From Thermoanaerobaculia bacterium (lineage in GTDB: Bacteria > Acidobacteriota > Thermoanaerobaculia > Multivoradales > JAIOJS01): DNA of 64,000 bases. Below are positions 28,547-41,293 of the stretch, piece by piece. The position numbers and the translations under genes were made by a program. The DNA lies in NCBI GenBank assembly GCA_030429235.1, contig JAUIDB010000001.1, positions 75,141 to 139,140 of the forward strand, in the 5' to 3' direction. The notes beneath the pieces are model-generated. The model was given only the letters and a program-made list of their open reading frames with translations. It searched no databases and was not told the origin of the DNA. How positions within the stretch are numbered: position 1 is the stretch's first letter; each line of letters opens with the position of its first letter.

Positions 28547-29137
28547 TCAGCGGGACCGCTGTGCCACCAGGCCGAGCAGCCACAGACCGACAAAGAGGAG
28601 GACCTCGAGCGAAGGGGGCAGGGAGAAGGCGCCCACCAGGAGCGCGGCTCCGACCGCAGCGGTGAGGAGGCGAAGAGCCAGTTCCAGGAGCCGAAGGCCC
28701 AGCACGGCGCCGATCAGCCCCGTGACCAATGGCAGGAGCAAGCGGAGCCAGGTTCCACTCCAGACCGTCCACGGCAGCACCTTGGCGCCGAGCAGGCTGC
28801 CGACCGCTAGCCCTGCCACCACGGCCCCCACGCGTCGGGCCAGTCGCGCCACCAACAGCCCGACCAACCCGCCGACGCCCCCCACTGCCACCAGGGCTCC
28901 GGGCTCCGCCACGCCGACGACCAGGAGCGCCAGCTGCCAGCCGAGCAGGAAACCGAGTGCTGCCAGGGCCAACCAGAAGAGTTTGCGGCCGGCCACCAGC
29001 AGCAAGACCCCGAGCAGAACCAAGGCGACCTGTCCCGGGCGACCGGCCGGGGCCATCGCCGCAAACCCCTCTCCCCAAAGGGTTAGCCAGCGCTCGGCGT
29101 GGGCCAGCAACGACGGCGCCGCGGCGTGCCAATCCAT
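28547..29137 (-). CDS. Polytopic membrane protein, family not recognised
   Basis: Internal ATG 29137 of ORF 28547..29308, 2 nt after the upstream stop. The sequence is Gly/Leu/Val-rich with 5-6 hydrophobic helices. Confidence 0.5.
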   Translation of the reverse strand: MDWHAAAPSLLAHAERWLTLWGEGFAAMAPAGRPGQVALVLLGVLLLVAGRKLFWLALAALGFLLGWQLALLVVGVAEPGALVAVGGVGGLVGLLVARLARRVGAVVAGLAVGSLLGAKVLPWTVWSGTWLRLLLPLVTGLIGAVLGLRLLELALRLLTAAVGAALLVGAFSLPPSLEVLLFVGLWLLGLVAQRSR

Positions 29138-29139
29138 GC

Positions 29140-30168
29140 TCAGCGGCTGCCGTCGGGAACCAACGGGCTGACCCAGAGCTCCCCCAGGCGCGAGGTCCCG
29201 GGGGGTGGCGAGATTCCCGCGCGCGGTCGGGTCAGCAGCCGCTGTTGGACCTGGGTTCCGGGCGGCACCCGCGTACCGGGCCCCACCACCACCTGCTCCA
29301 GGCGACACCCCTCACCGAGACTCGAACCCGCGAAGAGCAGGCAGTCGCGCAGGCGAGTGCCGGCCCCCCATTCGACTCCCGACTCGGCCACCACCCGACG
29401 CCAACGCCGCCGCGGGCCGGCGGTGCCCGGCGCCAACCAGTTGCGACGCCACCAGGGCAACTGGTCGAGCGCCGCCTCCAGGAAACGGCCCGGGGTACCG
29501 AGGTCGTGCCAACGACGACGGGTGGTCAACGAAACCAACGGCTGGCCACTGGCCAACCAGGGCTCCCAGAGGTCCGGCACGAAGTGGCTCTCGCCCTCCT
29601 GCGGCGGCGGCAGTCGGGCAGGGTCGAGGATCTGGGCGCCGGCGTAGACGCGACGCTGTTTGATCGGCCCGAACGAGCGCCCGCGGCGCAGCGAAACCAC
29701 CCGCTGACCTTCGTCGAGGCCGACGCCGCCCCCGAACGACTCGGCATCGGCGCCGCGGAGGAGCAGCAGGGTCGCGGCCGCACCGGTGCGTCGGTGCTTC
29801 TTCAGCAGACGGGCCAGGGGCCATCGGCAGAGAGAGTCGCCGTTGACGACGATCAAGGCCTCGGCCCCGGCGACGAAGTCGCGCAACGGGGCCAGAGCTC
29901 CGAGGGTGCCACGCAGGGTGGGCTCGGTCGAGTAGGTCACCTCGAGACCGGCGGGGCGCCGACCCAGCGCCGCCGGAATCGCCTCGGGCCGGTGGTGGAG
30001 GTTGATCGCCACCTGCTCGACTCCGAGGCGCGCCAGGCGCTCCAGCGTGTGGAGGAGAATCGGTTTGCCGAGGACGGGGAGCAGCGGCTTGGGAGTGGTC
30101 TCGGTCAGGGGCCGCAGGCGCCGACCGTGCCCCGCCGCCAGCACGACGGCCCGAACCTCAGTCGTCAC
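29140..30168 (-). CDS. Sugar-phosphate nucleotidyltransferase with C-terminal left-handed beta-helix-like region
   Basis: 342 aa. The N-terminal NTP-transferase signature is AVVLAAGHGRRLRPLTETTPKPLLPVLGKPILLHTLERL. Confidence 0.75.
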   Translation of the reverse strand: MTTEVRAVVLAAGHGRRLRPLTETTPKPLLPVLGKPILLHTLERLARLGVEQVAINLHHRPEAIPAALGRRPAGLEVTYSTEPTLRGTLGALAPLRDFVAGAEALIVVNGDSLCRWPLARLLKKHRRTGAAATLLLLRGADAESFGGGVGLDEGQRVVSLRRGRSFGPIKQRRVYAGAQILDPARLPPPQEGESHFVPDLWEPWLASGQPLVSLTTRRRWHDLGTPGRFLEAALDQLPWWRRNWLAPGTAGPRRRWRRVVAESGVEWGAGTRLRDCLLFAGSSLGEGCRLEQVVVGPGTRVPPGTQVQQRLLTRPRAGISPPPGTSRLGELWVSPLVPDGSR

Positions 30169-30727
30169 GGAAGGTCATGTCGCGCGAGGCGTCCGGGTTC
30201 TCGACCAGATAGTCCTCGTAGAGCCGCAGGTAGTTGCGACGTTCGGCCTGCTCGGGCCGGAACCCACAGCGCTCCGCAACCTTGTCGCATCCGGCGCCCT
30301 CGAACTCGGCGAAGTCGCCGATCGGGGTGTGATCGAGCGAGATCACCACACCGCCGAGGCGCCACACCTCGCGGTTCTTCTGGTAGCGGCGCGCCACCTC
30401 GTAGCCGAGACTCAGCAGGATCGCACGCATGCTGTCGACATCCGCCACTCGGGTCTGATGCTCGAGGCGAATCTTCGTGTGACCCTCGAACCGCGCCGGT
30501 CCCTTGAAGGTCAGTTGGGCCCCTTGACCATCGAGGCGCAGGCGCAGCAGATGGTTCTCCTTCTTGAGGTGGCCCTGACGGTCGAAGATCCAGTTGTCCT
30601 CGAAGGACGGAGCCGACACGCGCTCGGCCTGCAGTTCGGCCAGACGGTCCCGCAGCGCCGAGAGCTCGACTTCGGGGAACTTGAGCTCGCGCTCTTCCGA
30701 GGCGGCGGCGGAATGCTCTTCAGCCAT
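30158..30727 (-). CDS. CYTH-domain protein (class IV adenylate cyclase / triphosphate tunnel metalloenzyme)
   Basis: Internal ATG 30727 of ORF 30158..30994. RELKFPEV (ExExK-type start), HLLRLRLDG, LTFKGP, RLEHQTRV and ISLDHTPIGDFAEFE are typical CyaB/CYTH strands. It overlaps both neighbouring genes (8 and 11 nt). Confidence 0.7.
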   Translation of the reverse strand: MAEEHSAAASEERELKFPEVELSALRDRLAELQAERVSAPSFEDNWIFDRQGHLKKENHLLRLRLDGQGAQLTFKGPARFEGHTKIRLEHQTRVADVDSMRAILLSLGYEVARRYQKNREVWRLGGVVISLDHTPIGDFAEFEGAGCDKVAERCGFRPEQAERRNYLRLYEDYLVENPDASRDMTFRDD

Positions 30728-32120
30728 CGCTGCTCTCGTCGGCGATGGCGCCGACCCGGTCGAGAAGGCGCGCGGTGCAGCGGATGCCATCGGCGAACTG
30801 CTCGAGGCTGAACTTCTCGTTCGGCGAGTGGAGACGATCGTCCGGGAGGCCGTAGCCCATGAGAAGGACCGGTACGTCGAGGACCTGGGAGAAGGTTCCG
30901 ACGATGGGGATCGACCCACCCTCTCGCACCCGCAGGGGACGAGCTCCCCAGGTCTCCTCCATGGCGGCCATCGCCGCTTCCATGAAGGGGCCATCGGTCA
31001 CGAGCAGCGATGGCGGGCCGCCGTGCAGGTCGGTGACCTCGACGGTGACGCCCGCCGGAGCGACCGACCGAACGTGTTCCTCGAAGCGCTGCGCGATCAC
31101 CTTCGGGTCCTGGTCGGGCACCAACCGCATCGAGATCTTGGCGCCGCCCCAGGAGGGAAGTACGGTCTTCGCACCCTGGCCCTGGTAGCCGCCGAAGATG
31201 CCGTTGACGTCGCAGGTGGGGCGGACCGAAACGTGTTCGAGGGGGCTGTAGCCCTCCTCTCCCGCCAGGGCGGGTACCCCGATCTCGGCACGGTAGGCGG
31301 CCTCGTCGAAGGGCAGTTGAGCGATCTCTTGGCGTTCCCAGGATTCGAGGTCGCGCACCTCGTCGTAAAAACCGGGAATGAGGATCCGGCCGCTGACCGG
31401 ATCCTTCAGCTTGGCGATGATCTCGGCCATGGCGTTGAGGGGATTGACCACCGCGCCCCCGAAGGAGCCGGAGTGCAGGTCGCGGTTCGGCCCCTGTACC
31501 TTGATCTCCATATAGGCCATCCCGCGCAATCCGTAGACGATCGACGGCTGTCCCGGTGCGAACATCGAAGAATCCGAGACCACGACACAGTCCGCCGCCA
31601 GTTCTCGGCCGGCGTCCCGGGTCACGTACTTCTCGATCGCTTCACCACCGGACTCTTCCTCCCCCTCCAGGAGCATCTTGACGTTGACCGGCAGCGCCCC
31701 GCGCTCGGCCAACATCGCCCCGATCGCCTTGAGATGCGTGTACGACTGTCCCTTGTCGTCGGTGGCTCCGCGCGCCACGACGTTTTCGCCTTCGCGGGTC
31801 GGCTCGAAGGGGTCGTGGCGCCACAGTTCGATGGGGTCGACCGGCTGTACGTCGTAGTGGCCGTAGAACAGGATGGTCGGGCGCCCCGGAGCTCCCATCC
31901 ACTCGCCGTACACCAGAGGGTGGCCACCCTCGTCGATCCGACGGGTGATCAGACCCGCCTCTTGCATCCTCTCCTCGATGAAGCGGCTGCACCGCTCGAC
32001 CTCGGCATCGTAGGCCGGGTCGGTGGAGATCGAGGGAATCCTCAGATACTCGAACAGCTCCTCGGTGTACTGGTCGAGTTGCTGATCGATGCGGGAAAGT
32101 ACGTCTTGGGTATCGCTCAT
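30720..32120 (-). CDS. M20-family dipeptidase/peptidase
   Basis: Internal ATG 32120 after GAGGAG (MSDTQDVLSRIDQQLDQYTEELFEYLRIPSIS). Blocks: ILFYGHYDVQPVDP, ARGATDDKGQ, LLEGEEESGG and GGSIP. Confidence 0.8.
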   Translation of the reverse strand: MSDTQDVLSRIDQQLDQYTEELFEYLRIPSISTDPAYDAEVERCSRFIEERMQEAGLITRRIDEGGHPLVYGEWMGAPGRPTILFYGHYDVQPVDPIELWRHDPFEPTREGENVVARGATDDKGQSYTHLKAIGAMLAERGALPVNVKMLLEGEEESGGEAIEKYVTRDAGRELAADCVVVSDSSMFAPGQPSIVYGLRGMAYMEIKVQGPNRDLHSGSFGGAVVNPLNAMAEIIAKLKDPVSGRILIPGFYDEVRDLESWERQEIAQLPFDEAAYRAEIGVPALAGEEGYSPLEHVSVRPTCDVNGIFGGYQGQGAKTVLPSWGGAKISMRLVPDQDPKVIAQRFEEHVRSVAPAGVTVEVTDLHGGPPSLLVTDGPFMEAAMAAMEETWGARPLRVREGGSIPIVGTFSQVLDVPVLLMGYGLPDDRLHSPNEKFSLEQFADGIRCTARLLDRVGAIADESSDG

Positions 32121-32167
32121 GACAGAAAGTCTCCTCACTACTGAGGGCCGGAGTGTACCAGTTTGGT

Positions 32168-32773
32168 CTACTGGACGAGGTGGCGGTTCGGGCCCGCCGA
32201 ACCGAGTCGCTGGAGCTGGATTCCGTTGAGCACGACGTGCGCGACGATCGGCGCCGCCAGCCCCCCCCGCCAGCGGGTCAGGTAGGCGAAGAGGAGCCCG
32301 ATCAAGAAGGCCAACAGGGTCCAGAGCCGGCTCGCCCGGCTGCGGCCGCTGTGGAGCGCGGCGAAGACCACACTGCTGAGCAACACCCCCCAGGCCGCCA
32401 GCAGCGCGCCCCGGAAGAAGATCTCCTCGGCCAACCCCGACAGCAGCGCCAGCCCCCACGCCTGGTCGCGGCGCAGAGGACCGACCAGGTCGGCCAGCTC
32501 CACCTCCAGCTCGGCGGCCAGCGGCAGGCGGACCACCAGGAGCCGCCAGAGCGCGACGAGGGCGAGTCCGGCTCCCACTCCCAGACCCACGTCGATGGCG
32601 ACGCGGGCCGCGAGGCCGCCCGAACCCTCGGTCGGTCCCAGGATCAGCCCGGCATCGATCGGCTCTCCACCACTCCACCAGATCAGTCCGACCAGGGCCA
32701 GGACGAGGTAGAGGCCCGCCGCCCAGCGAAGCAAGGTCGAGGCTTCTGGCCTGGCGGAGGGTTCGGCGCTCAT
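32168..32773 (-). CDS. CPBP-family (CAAX/Abi) intramembrane metalloprotease
   Basis: 201-aa multi-TM protein. GLAEEIFFRGALL (EExxxR), FAALH and VAHVVLN motifs are present. Confidence 0.8.
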   Translation of the reverse strand: MSAEPSARPEASTLLRWAAGLYLVLALVGLIWWSGGEPIDAGLILGPTEGSGGLAARVAIDVGLGVGAGLALVALWRLLVVRLPLAAELEVELADLVGPLRRDQAWGLALLSGLAEEIFFRGALLAAWGVLLSSVVFAALHSGRSRASRLWTLLAFLIGLLFAYLTRWRGGLAAPIVAHVVLNGIQLQRLGSAGPNRHLVQ

Positions 32774-32812
32774 CGCAGGGGCTCGGAGGCCGCTAGACCG
32801 CCTCGAGCCGTC

Positions 32813-33469
32813 TCAGTCGTCGAAGGTCTTACCGGTCTTCTGCCAGTCCGCGAGGAACCGCTCGAGGCCGATGTCGGTGAGCGGATGGCGGTAGAGCTTG
32901 GCGAGCACCCCGAACGGGATGGTCGCAACTTCGGCTCCCAACAACGCCGCCTGGAGGAGGTGCTCCGGATGGCGTACGGACGCGACGAGAACCTCGGTCT
33001 CGAAGTCGTACTGACGATAGATCGTGAGAATCTCGGCGATCAGCTCCATGCCCACCCCGCCGATGTCGTCGACCCGACCGACGAAGGGAGAGATGTAGGC
33101 GGCGCCGGCTTTGGCGGCGAGGAGCGCCTGAGGAGCGGAGAAACAGAGTGTCACGTTGCACAGCGTTCCCTCCTGTCGGAGGGTCTGCACCACGCGCAAA
33201 CCGGCCGGCCCCAGCGGCACCTTGACGACGACGTTGTCGCCCAACTCCGCCAGCCGCCGACCTTGCTCGAGCATGCCTTCGTAGTCGGTGGCCAACACTT
33301 CGCCCGACACCGGGCCGGGCACCAACTCGGCGATCTCGCGGACCGTCGGCAGGTAGGAGCGGCCCTCGCGAGCGATCAAGGATGGATTGGTCGTCACGCC
33401 ATCGACCATCCCCCACTCGAGGCCGGTTCGGATCTCTTCGATGTCTGCGGTGTCGAGGAAAAAGCGCAT
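32813..33469 (-). CDS. fsa: Fructose-6-phosphate aldolase / short transaldolase
   Basis: 218 aa. [13 protein letters not shown]...[13 protein letters not shown]...VVKVP...NVTLCFS...[11 protein letters not shown] is present. Confidence 0.85.
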   Translation of the reverse strand: MRFFLDTADIEEIRTGLEWGMVDGVTTNPSLIAREGRSYLPTVREIAELVPGPVSGEVLATDYEGMLEQGRRLAELGDNVVVKVPLGPAGLRVVQTLRQEGTLCNVTLCFSAPQALLAAKAGAAYISPFVGRVDDIGGVGMELIAEILTIYRQYDFETEVLVASVRHPEHLLQAALLGAEVATIPFGVLAKLYRHPLTDIGLERFLADWQKTGKTFDD

Positions 33470-33490
33470 GCTGGCTCCCTACGTATTCGG

Positions 33491-36070
33491 TTAGCTGTCG
33501 GTCTCTTCGTCCTGGCTGGACGACGTCTCGGAGGACGCCTCGTCCTCCTCTGTTACCTCGCGGTCGGCCTCCGAAACGGGGTTCTCGACCGCGACTTCGT
33601 CATCCATTTCGGCCTCTTCGTCATCCTCGCGGTCGACGACCTTGGCCGCTGCCCGCAAGGTGTCGTCGCGGTCGACGTCCATCATCTTCACACCCTGGGT
33701 GGCCCGGCCGATCCGCGACACCCCTTCGACCGGCGTCCGGAGGATCTTGCCTCCCTGGGTGATCAGGACCAAACCGTCGGTCTCTTCGACCGGTCGCACC
33801 GCGATCACCTCGCCGGTTCGCTCGGTCACCTTCATGTTGATGATGCCCTTGCCACCCCGTCCCTGCTGGCGGTACTCGTCGACCGCGGTTCGTTTGCCGA
33901 AACCCTGGGCCGTCACCGACAGCACGTCGACCCCCTCGTCGAGCACCGACAGCGAGACGACCCGGTCGCCCGACCGGAGGGAGATGCCCCGAACCCCTCG
34001 GGTGGCCCGCCCGAGGGCCCGCAAGTCGGTCTCCGGGAAGCGGATGGAGTACCCCCGCGCCGTCGCCAGCAAGAGATCACGGGCTCCGTCGGTGACCCGG
34101 ACCGCCAGCAAGCGATCATCCTCGTCGATGTTGATCGCGATAATCCCGCCGGCTCGCGGGTTCGAGTAGGCGGCGAGTTCGGTCTTCTTGATCGTCCCCT
34201 TCTCGGTCGCGAAGACGAGATGGTGATCCTCCAGGAACTCCCGTACCGCCACGGTGGTCGCCACCCGCTCGCTGTTGTCGAGTTGAAGGAGGTTCACGAT
34301 CGCTTTGCCGCGCGCCGCCGGCGAGAGTTCGGGGATCTGGTGCACCTTCAACCAGTGCACCCGACCGCTCTCGGTAAACACCAGGATGTAGCTGTGCGTC
34401 GAAGCCACGAAGAGGTGTTCGACGAAGTCATCCTCTTTGGTCGTCATCCCCGTCCGCCCCTTGCCGCCCCGATGCTGCTCGCGGTAGGTCTCGAGGGCCG
34501 AGCGCTTGATGTACCCTCCCGCGGTCACCGTGATGACCATGTCCTCGTCGGCGATCAGGTCTTCGATCGTCAGATCGCCGGAAGCCGGCAGAATCTCGGT
34601 GCGACGGGGATCTCCGTAGGCCTCTCGGATTCGACCGAGTTCTTCCCTGATCACCTGGAGAACCAGTTCGTCGGAACCGAGGATCGCCCGGAGGCTCTCG
34701 ATCAGGGCCATCAACTCGCGATACTCCTCGACCACTTTGTCGCGCTCGAGTCCGGTGAGCTTCTGCAGCCGCATATCGAGAATCGCCTGCGCCTGGACCT
34801 GCGACAGCGAGAAGCCGTCCATCAGCGCCACCCGTGCCTCGGGTGGAGTGCGGCTGGCCCGAATGGTGGCGATCACCTCGTCGAGATGGTCCAGGGCCTT
34901 GAGAATGCCCTCCAGGATGTGGGCTCGCTCTTCGGCTTTTCTCAGGTCGTACCTGGTGCGTCGAATCACCACCGTCCGGCGGTGGTTGAGGAAGTGTTCG
35001 AGAATCTCCTTGAGCGTCAGCACCCGCGGCTGTTGGTCGACGATGGCCAGCATGTTGATACCGAACGACGACTGCATGGCGGTCATCTTGTACAGCTGAT
35101 TGAGGATGACCTCTCCCACTTCACCCCGTTTGAGTTCGAGGACCACCCGGATCCCGTCCCGGTCGCTTTCGTCGCGCAGGTCCGAGATGCCGAGCAGTTT
35201 CTTCTCGCGGACCAACTCCGCGATCCGTTCGACCAGTCGCTTCTTGTTGACCTGAAAGGGCAACTCGGTGACGACGATCGCCTGGCGGTCACCCTTCGAA
35301 ATCTCCTCGATGTGGGCCCGTGCCCGCATCCGCACCGTGCCGCGACCGGTTCGATACCCGGAGTGGATCCCGTCGATCCCGTGGATGGTGCCCGCGGTGG
35401 GGAAGTCCGGCCCCGGGATGTACTGCATCAGGCCCTCGAGGGTGATCTCTGGGTCGTCGATCAGGGCGATCAGGCCATCGACCAGTTCGCCGAGGTTGTG
35501 GGGAGGGATATTGGTCGCCATGCCCACCGCGATCCCCGAACTGCCGTTCATCAGGAGATTGGGGATCGCCGCCGGCAGCACCTCGGGTTCGACCTCCGAA
35601 CCATCGTAGTTGGCTTGCCAATCGACGGTCTCCTTCCCGATGTCGTCTCCCAGCAACTCCTCTGCGAGGCGCTGCAGACGCACCTCGGTATAGCGCATGG
35701 CGGCTGGGTTGTCTCCATCGATCGATCCGAAGTTTCCCTGTCCATCGACCAGTGGGTTGCGCATCGAAAAATCCTGCGCTAGCCGCACGAGGGTGTCGTA
35801 GATCGCCGAGTCTCCGTGAGGGTGGTACTTTCCCATCACGTCACCGACGATACGAGCTGACTTTTTGTAGGGTCGACCGGCGCGGTTTCCCGCCTCCCAC
35901 ATACCGAACAGCACCCGGCGGTGGACCGGCTTCAGACCGTCCCGCACGTCGGGCAGCGCTCGACCGATGATCACGCTCATCGCGTAGTCGAGGTAACTGC
36001 GCTTCATCTCCTCTTCGATGTCCACCGGCAGGTGGCGTTCGACGGGGGGATTCGTTTCGTCTTGACTCAT
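33491..36070 (-). CDS. gyrA: DNA gyrase subunit A
   Basis: 859 aa. [34 protein letters not shown], six beta-pinwheel repeats and an acidic C-terminal tail are present. Confidence 0.95.
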   Translation of the reverse strand: MSQDETNPPVERHLPVDIEEEMKRSYLDYAMSVIIGRALPDVRDGLKPVHRRVLFGMWEAGNRAGRPYKKSARIVGDVMGKYHPHGDSAIYDTLVRLAQDFSMRNPLVDGQGNFGSIDGDNPAAMRYTEVRLQRLAEELLGDDIGKETVDWQANYDGSEVEPEVLPAAIPNLLMNGSSGIAVGMATNIPPHNLGELVDGLIALIDDPEITLEGLMQYIPGPDFPTAGTIHGIDGIHSGYRTGRGTVRMRARAHIEEISKGDRQAIVVTELPFQVNKKRLVERIAELVREKKLLGISDLRDESDRDGIRVVLELKRGEVGEVILNQLYKMTAMQSSFGINMLAIVDQQPRVLTLKEILEHFLNHRRTVVIRRTRYDLRKAEERAHILEGILKALDHLDEVIATIRASRTPPEARVALMDGFSLSQVQAQAILDMRLQKLTGLERDKVVEEYRELMALIESLRAILGSDELVLQVIREELGRIREAYGDPRRTEILPASGDLTIEDLIADEDMVITVTAGGYIKRSALETYREQHRGGKGRTGMTTKEDDFVEHLFVASTHSYILVFTESGRVHWLKVHQIPELSPAARGKAIVNLLQLDNSERVATTVAVREFLEDHHLVFATEKGTIKKTELAAYSNPRAGGIIAINIDEDDRLLAVRVTDGARDLLLATARGYSIRFPETDLRALGRATRGVRGISLRSGDRVVSLSVLDEGVDVLSVTAQGFGKRTAVDEYRQQGRGGKGIINMKVTERTGEVIAVRPVEETDGLVLITQGGKILRTPVEGVSRIGRATQGVKMMDVDRDDTLRAAAKVVDREDDEEAEMDDEVAVENPVSEADREVTEEDEASSETSSSQDEETDS

Positions 36071-36130
36071 GCTCTGACCCTGTTCTGCTCGTTAGGCTCG
36101 CAATGGAGACGCGCGGCTCAACGCCGCCGG

Positions 36131-38596
<2,466 letters not shown>

Positions 38597-38780
38597 TCAC
38601 GACCCCCGGTCGAGGGCCTCAGAGACCCTGCTCACCCGCGGTGGGTGGACCATCGATTTCCCGGGGATTTGATCCCGGATGGGATCCTGTCGATTCTACC
38701 ACGACCCAGTGCTCGAGTGCAAACTGTAAATCATTGATAATGAATGCTTTATATCTCGAACTACCGAGCCTCGACCAGAA

Positions 38781-39866
38781 TCAGGCCGGAGTCAGCGCTC
38801 CCTTTCTCATCGACCACACACCACCCACCCCATCGAGATCCCAGACGGCCGGCCGCGAGGAGGTCGCCAAGGCCTGCGATCCTGGCCCGAAGGCCGACCA
38901 GAGGATCGCCAGGCGCTCCGGATCCAACTCCGTATCGAGGTCGTCGAGAAGGTAGAGCGGAGGGCGTCCCGCCGCCTCGAGTACCCGGCCCTGAGCGACG
39001 ATCAACAGGAGTCCGTAGGCCTTGAGTTCGCCGGCCGAAGCGACCTGGCGCAGCTCGCGATCGTGCCAACGGAACCGCAAGGCATCGCGATGGGGACCGA
39101 GGAGAGGCCGGCGCTGTTCCAACTCTCGTCCTGCTGCCGATGTCCAGGCACTGCGCAACGCCTCGAGAGAGGGAGCAGCCGGACTCGCTCGGTACTCGAT
39201 CGTCAGTGGCGGCAGGTCGAGTTCGACCTCGCTCCGCACGGCCTCGACGGCCAGGTTCAACTGCTCGATATACCGGCGACGGTCGCGCTGGATCTCCCAG
39301 GCCGCGTCGACCAGGACCTCGTTGTAGCTCTCCAAGGCGAGACGATCGTTCGATAGGTGCAGTAGCTCTCGTTTCTGCTGCAGCGCTCGTCGATAGCGCG
39401 CCAGGGGCGCCAAAGTCGCGGGCCGCAGACTCACCACCGCCCGGTCGAGAACCCGGCGGGCAACGGCCGGGCCGCCGGTAAGGAGTTCCTTCTCCGCCGC
39501 GGTCCAGAGAACCAGCGGAAGACAACCGAGGTGATCGACCAGCGAGCGGGTTTCGCCGTTCACCGTGCGGCGGCGCTCACCGCCACTCCACCCGTACTCG
39601 AGTTCGGTCCGCCCCCCCTCACCCACTGCCAGTGCCAGGTGGAAACCCGGGGCTCCGTGGCGGCACAACTCTGCCGCCTTCGGGGTCCGAAAGCTCCGCG
39701 TGGTGGCGGCCAGATACACCGCCTCCAGGAGCGACGTCTTGCCCGCGCCATTCGCTCCGAGAATGAGATGCGAACCGACCGACGGACGCCAGTCCAGGGA
39801 CTCCAGATTCCTGAAGTCGCGAACGCGCAGCCGGTGCAGAGGCTGCGAGGAGGGGAGGGAGTGCAC
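38781..39866 (-). CDS. recF: DNA replication/repair protein RecF
   Basis: 361 aa. It has the Walker A motif LILGANGAGKTSLLEA and the SMC-like signature/Walker B region (SAGELKAYGLLL...PLYLLDDLDTELD). Confidence 0.9.
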   Translation of the reverse strand: MHSLPSSQPLHRLRVRDFRNLESLDWRPSVGSHLILGANGAGKTSLLEAVYLAATTRSFRTPKAAELCRHGAPGFHLALAVGEGGRTELEYGWSGGERRRTVNGETRSLVDHLGCLPLVLWTAAEKELLTGGPAVARRVLDRAVVSLRPATLAPLARYRRALQQKRELLHLSNDRLALESYNEVLVDAAWEIQRDRRRYIEQLNLAVEAVRSEVELDLPPLTIEYRASPAAPSLEALRSAWTSAAGRELEQRRPLLGPHRDALRFRWHDRELRQVASAGELKAYGLLLIVAQGRVLEAAGRPPLYLLDDLDTELDPERLAILWSAFGPGSQALATSSRPAVWDLDGVGGVWSMRKGALTPA

Positions 39867-39892
39867 CGGGGATCGATCGCAGCGGATCGAAC

Positions 39893-41011
39893 CTAGACGT
39901 GCATCGGCATGATCACGCAGAGGTACCGATCGCCGGCCTCGCCCTCGGGATCCTCAATCGGAAAGCCGACACACTGACTCTCTGCATCTTTGAGTTCGAG
40001 ACGCACCTCGTTCGATTCGATCGCCCCCAGGAAGTGGCCGATGTAGTCGGGATTCAACCCGATCTGCACCGGTTCCCCGTCGTAGCGGCAGACCACTTGT
40101 TCCTCGGCCTCCCCGAGATCGGGGTTGGCCGCGCTGATGGTCAGTAGATCCGCCTCGAAACGCAGCAGGACGCCCCGAGCTCGTTCGCCCGACAACAGCG
40201 AAACGCGGCGCACCGCCAGTTGTAGAGCCTCGCGAGAAAGTACAGGCTTCTTCTCGTGGTCCCGCGCGATCACCCGCTCGTAGTCTGGAAAGGTCCCCTC
40301 GAGAATGCGACTGATCAACTCACGATCACCGATCCGGAACGAGAGGTGGTGTTCATTGCGTCGGAAGCGCACCGGCTCCTCACCCGAAAAGCGCAGGATC
40401 TCTTGCAGTGCCTTGCGCGGAACCAACACGCCCTGCGCCAGCCCTTCCGCTCCGGCACCCGAAAAGTCGGTTTCGACCCGAGCCAGTCGATAGCCGTCGG
40501 TGGCGACGAGTTCCAGCGTGCTGTCGGTGGCTTTGAAGAGAGCGCCGTTCAACTGGAAGCGCGACTCCTCGGACGAGATGGCGAAGAGGACCTTGCCGAT
40601 CATCTGTCGCAGGGTCGCCAGGGGGAATTCGAGTTCGCTCGAGGATTCGACCTTGGGAAGGGTGGGAAAACTCTCCGCTTCGAGACCCCGAATCCTGAAC
40701 CGGGATCGGCCGGACTCGATCGCGAGGTTGTTGCCTTCGGCCAGCGTGAGTCGCACCTCGTCGGCGCCTAGGGCGCGAACGATTTCGGTGAACTTCTTGG
40801 CTTGGACCGCCAACTGTCCGGGTCGGAGCACCTCCGCCCCACATCCCGTCGAGAGCGAAACGTCGAGATCGGTCGCCGCCAGGGAGAGGCGTTCTCCTTC
40901 CGCCTGAAAGAGAAGGTGGGACAGAACGGGAATGGTCGCTCGTCGTTCGACGATACCCTGCAAGAGGGCGAGTTCCGCTACCAGTTCTTCCCTGCTGACG
41001 ACGATTTCCAT
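39893..41011 (-). CDS. dnaN: DNA polymerase III beta sliding clamp
   Basis: Internal ATG 41011 after GGAGG (MEIVVSREELVAELALLQGIVERRATIPVLSHLLF). Length (372 aa) and the three-domain pattern are typical. Confidence 0.9.
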   Translation of the reverse strand: MEIVVSREELVAELALLQGIVERRATIPVLSHLLFQAEGERLSLAATDLDVSLSTGCGAEVLRPGQLAVQAKKFTEIVRALGADEVRLTLAEGNNLAIESGRSRFRIRGLEAESFPTLPKVESSSELEFPLATLRQMIGKVLFAISSEESRFQLNGALFKATDSTLELVATDGYRLARVETDFSGAGAEGLAQGVLVPRKALQEILRFSGEEPVRFRRNEHHLSFRIGDRELISRILEGTFPDYERVIARDHEKKPVLSREALQLAVRRVSLLSGERARGVLLRFEADLLTISAANPDLGEAEEQVVCRYDGEPVQIGLNPDYIGHFLGAIESNEVRLELKDAESQCVGFPIEDPEGEAGDRYLCVIMPMHV

Positions 41012-41071
41012 AGTGCCTCCGTCTCCCGTAATGGAGGGGAAATATACCATAGTGGTCGTAGGAGAAGGCGC

Positions 41072-41225
41072 TGTGGAGAGAGCGGAAAAGAGGTCCACTT
41101 TCTAGGTAAGAGCAGGCGGGAACACGCCTCCACTGCGGCGGACGTCGTCGTGGAGAAGGAGTGGAAAAGAGGTGGAAGCCAGAGGAGAAACTGCCGTCTC
41201 GAAACCCTTCCACAGAACTTCCACA
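41072..41225. promoter_or_regulatory. Cluster of DnaA-box-like motifs in the dnaA-dnaN spacer
   Basis: GTGGA cores occur at 41150, 41161 and 41172 with exact 11-bp spacing. CTTCCACA occurs at 41207-41214 and 41218-41225, again 11 bp apart and in the opposite orientation. TGTGGAGAG is at 41072-41080 and TCCAC at 41129-41133. The boxes are 1-3 mismatches from TTATCCACA but share the TCCAC core. Confidence 0.55.
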
Positions 41226-41293
41226 AGGTTGTTCGAGCGTCGGGGGACGACGTTGCGGAAAAGCCTTCCCGGAACCGCCGCGAGCGGGCCGAA

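Noticed and set aside
32153-35782. 1209-aa plus-strand ORF, the second-longest in the track
   Set aside because: It runs antisense across the CPBP protease, fsa and most of gyrA, all of which have unmistakable conserved motifs. Its translation is Arg/Gly/Pro/Asp/His-rich with no recognisable domain. This is a typical high-GC shadow ORF.
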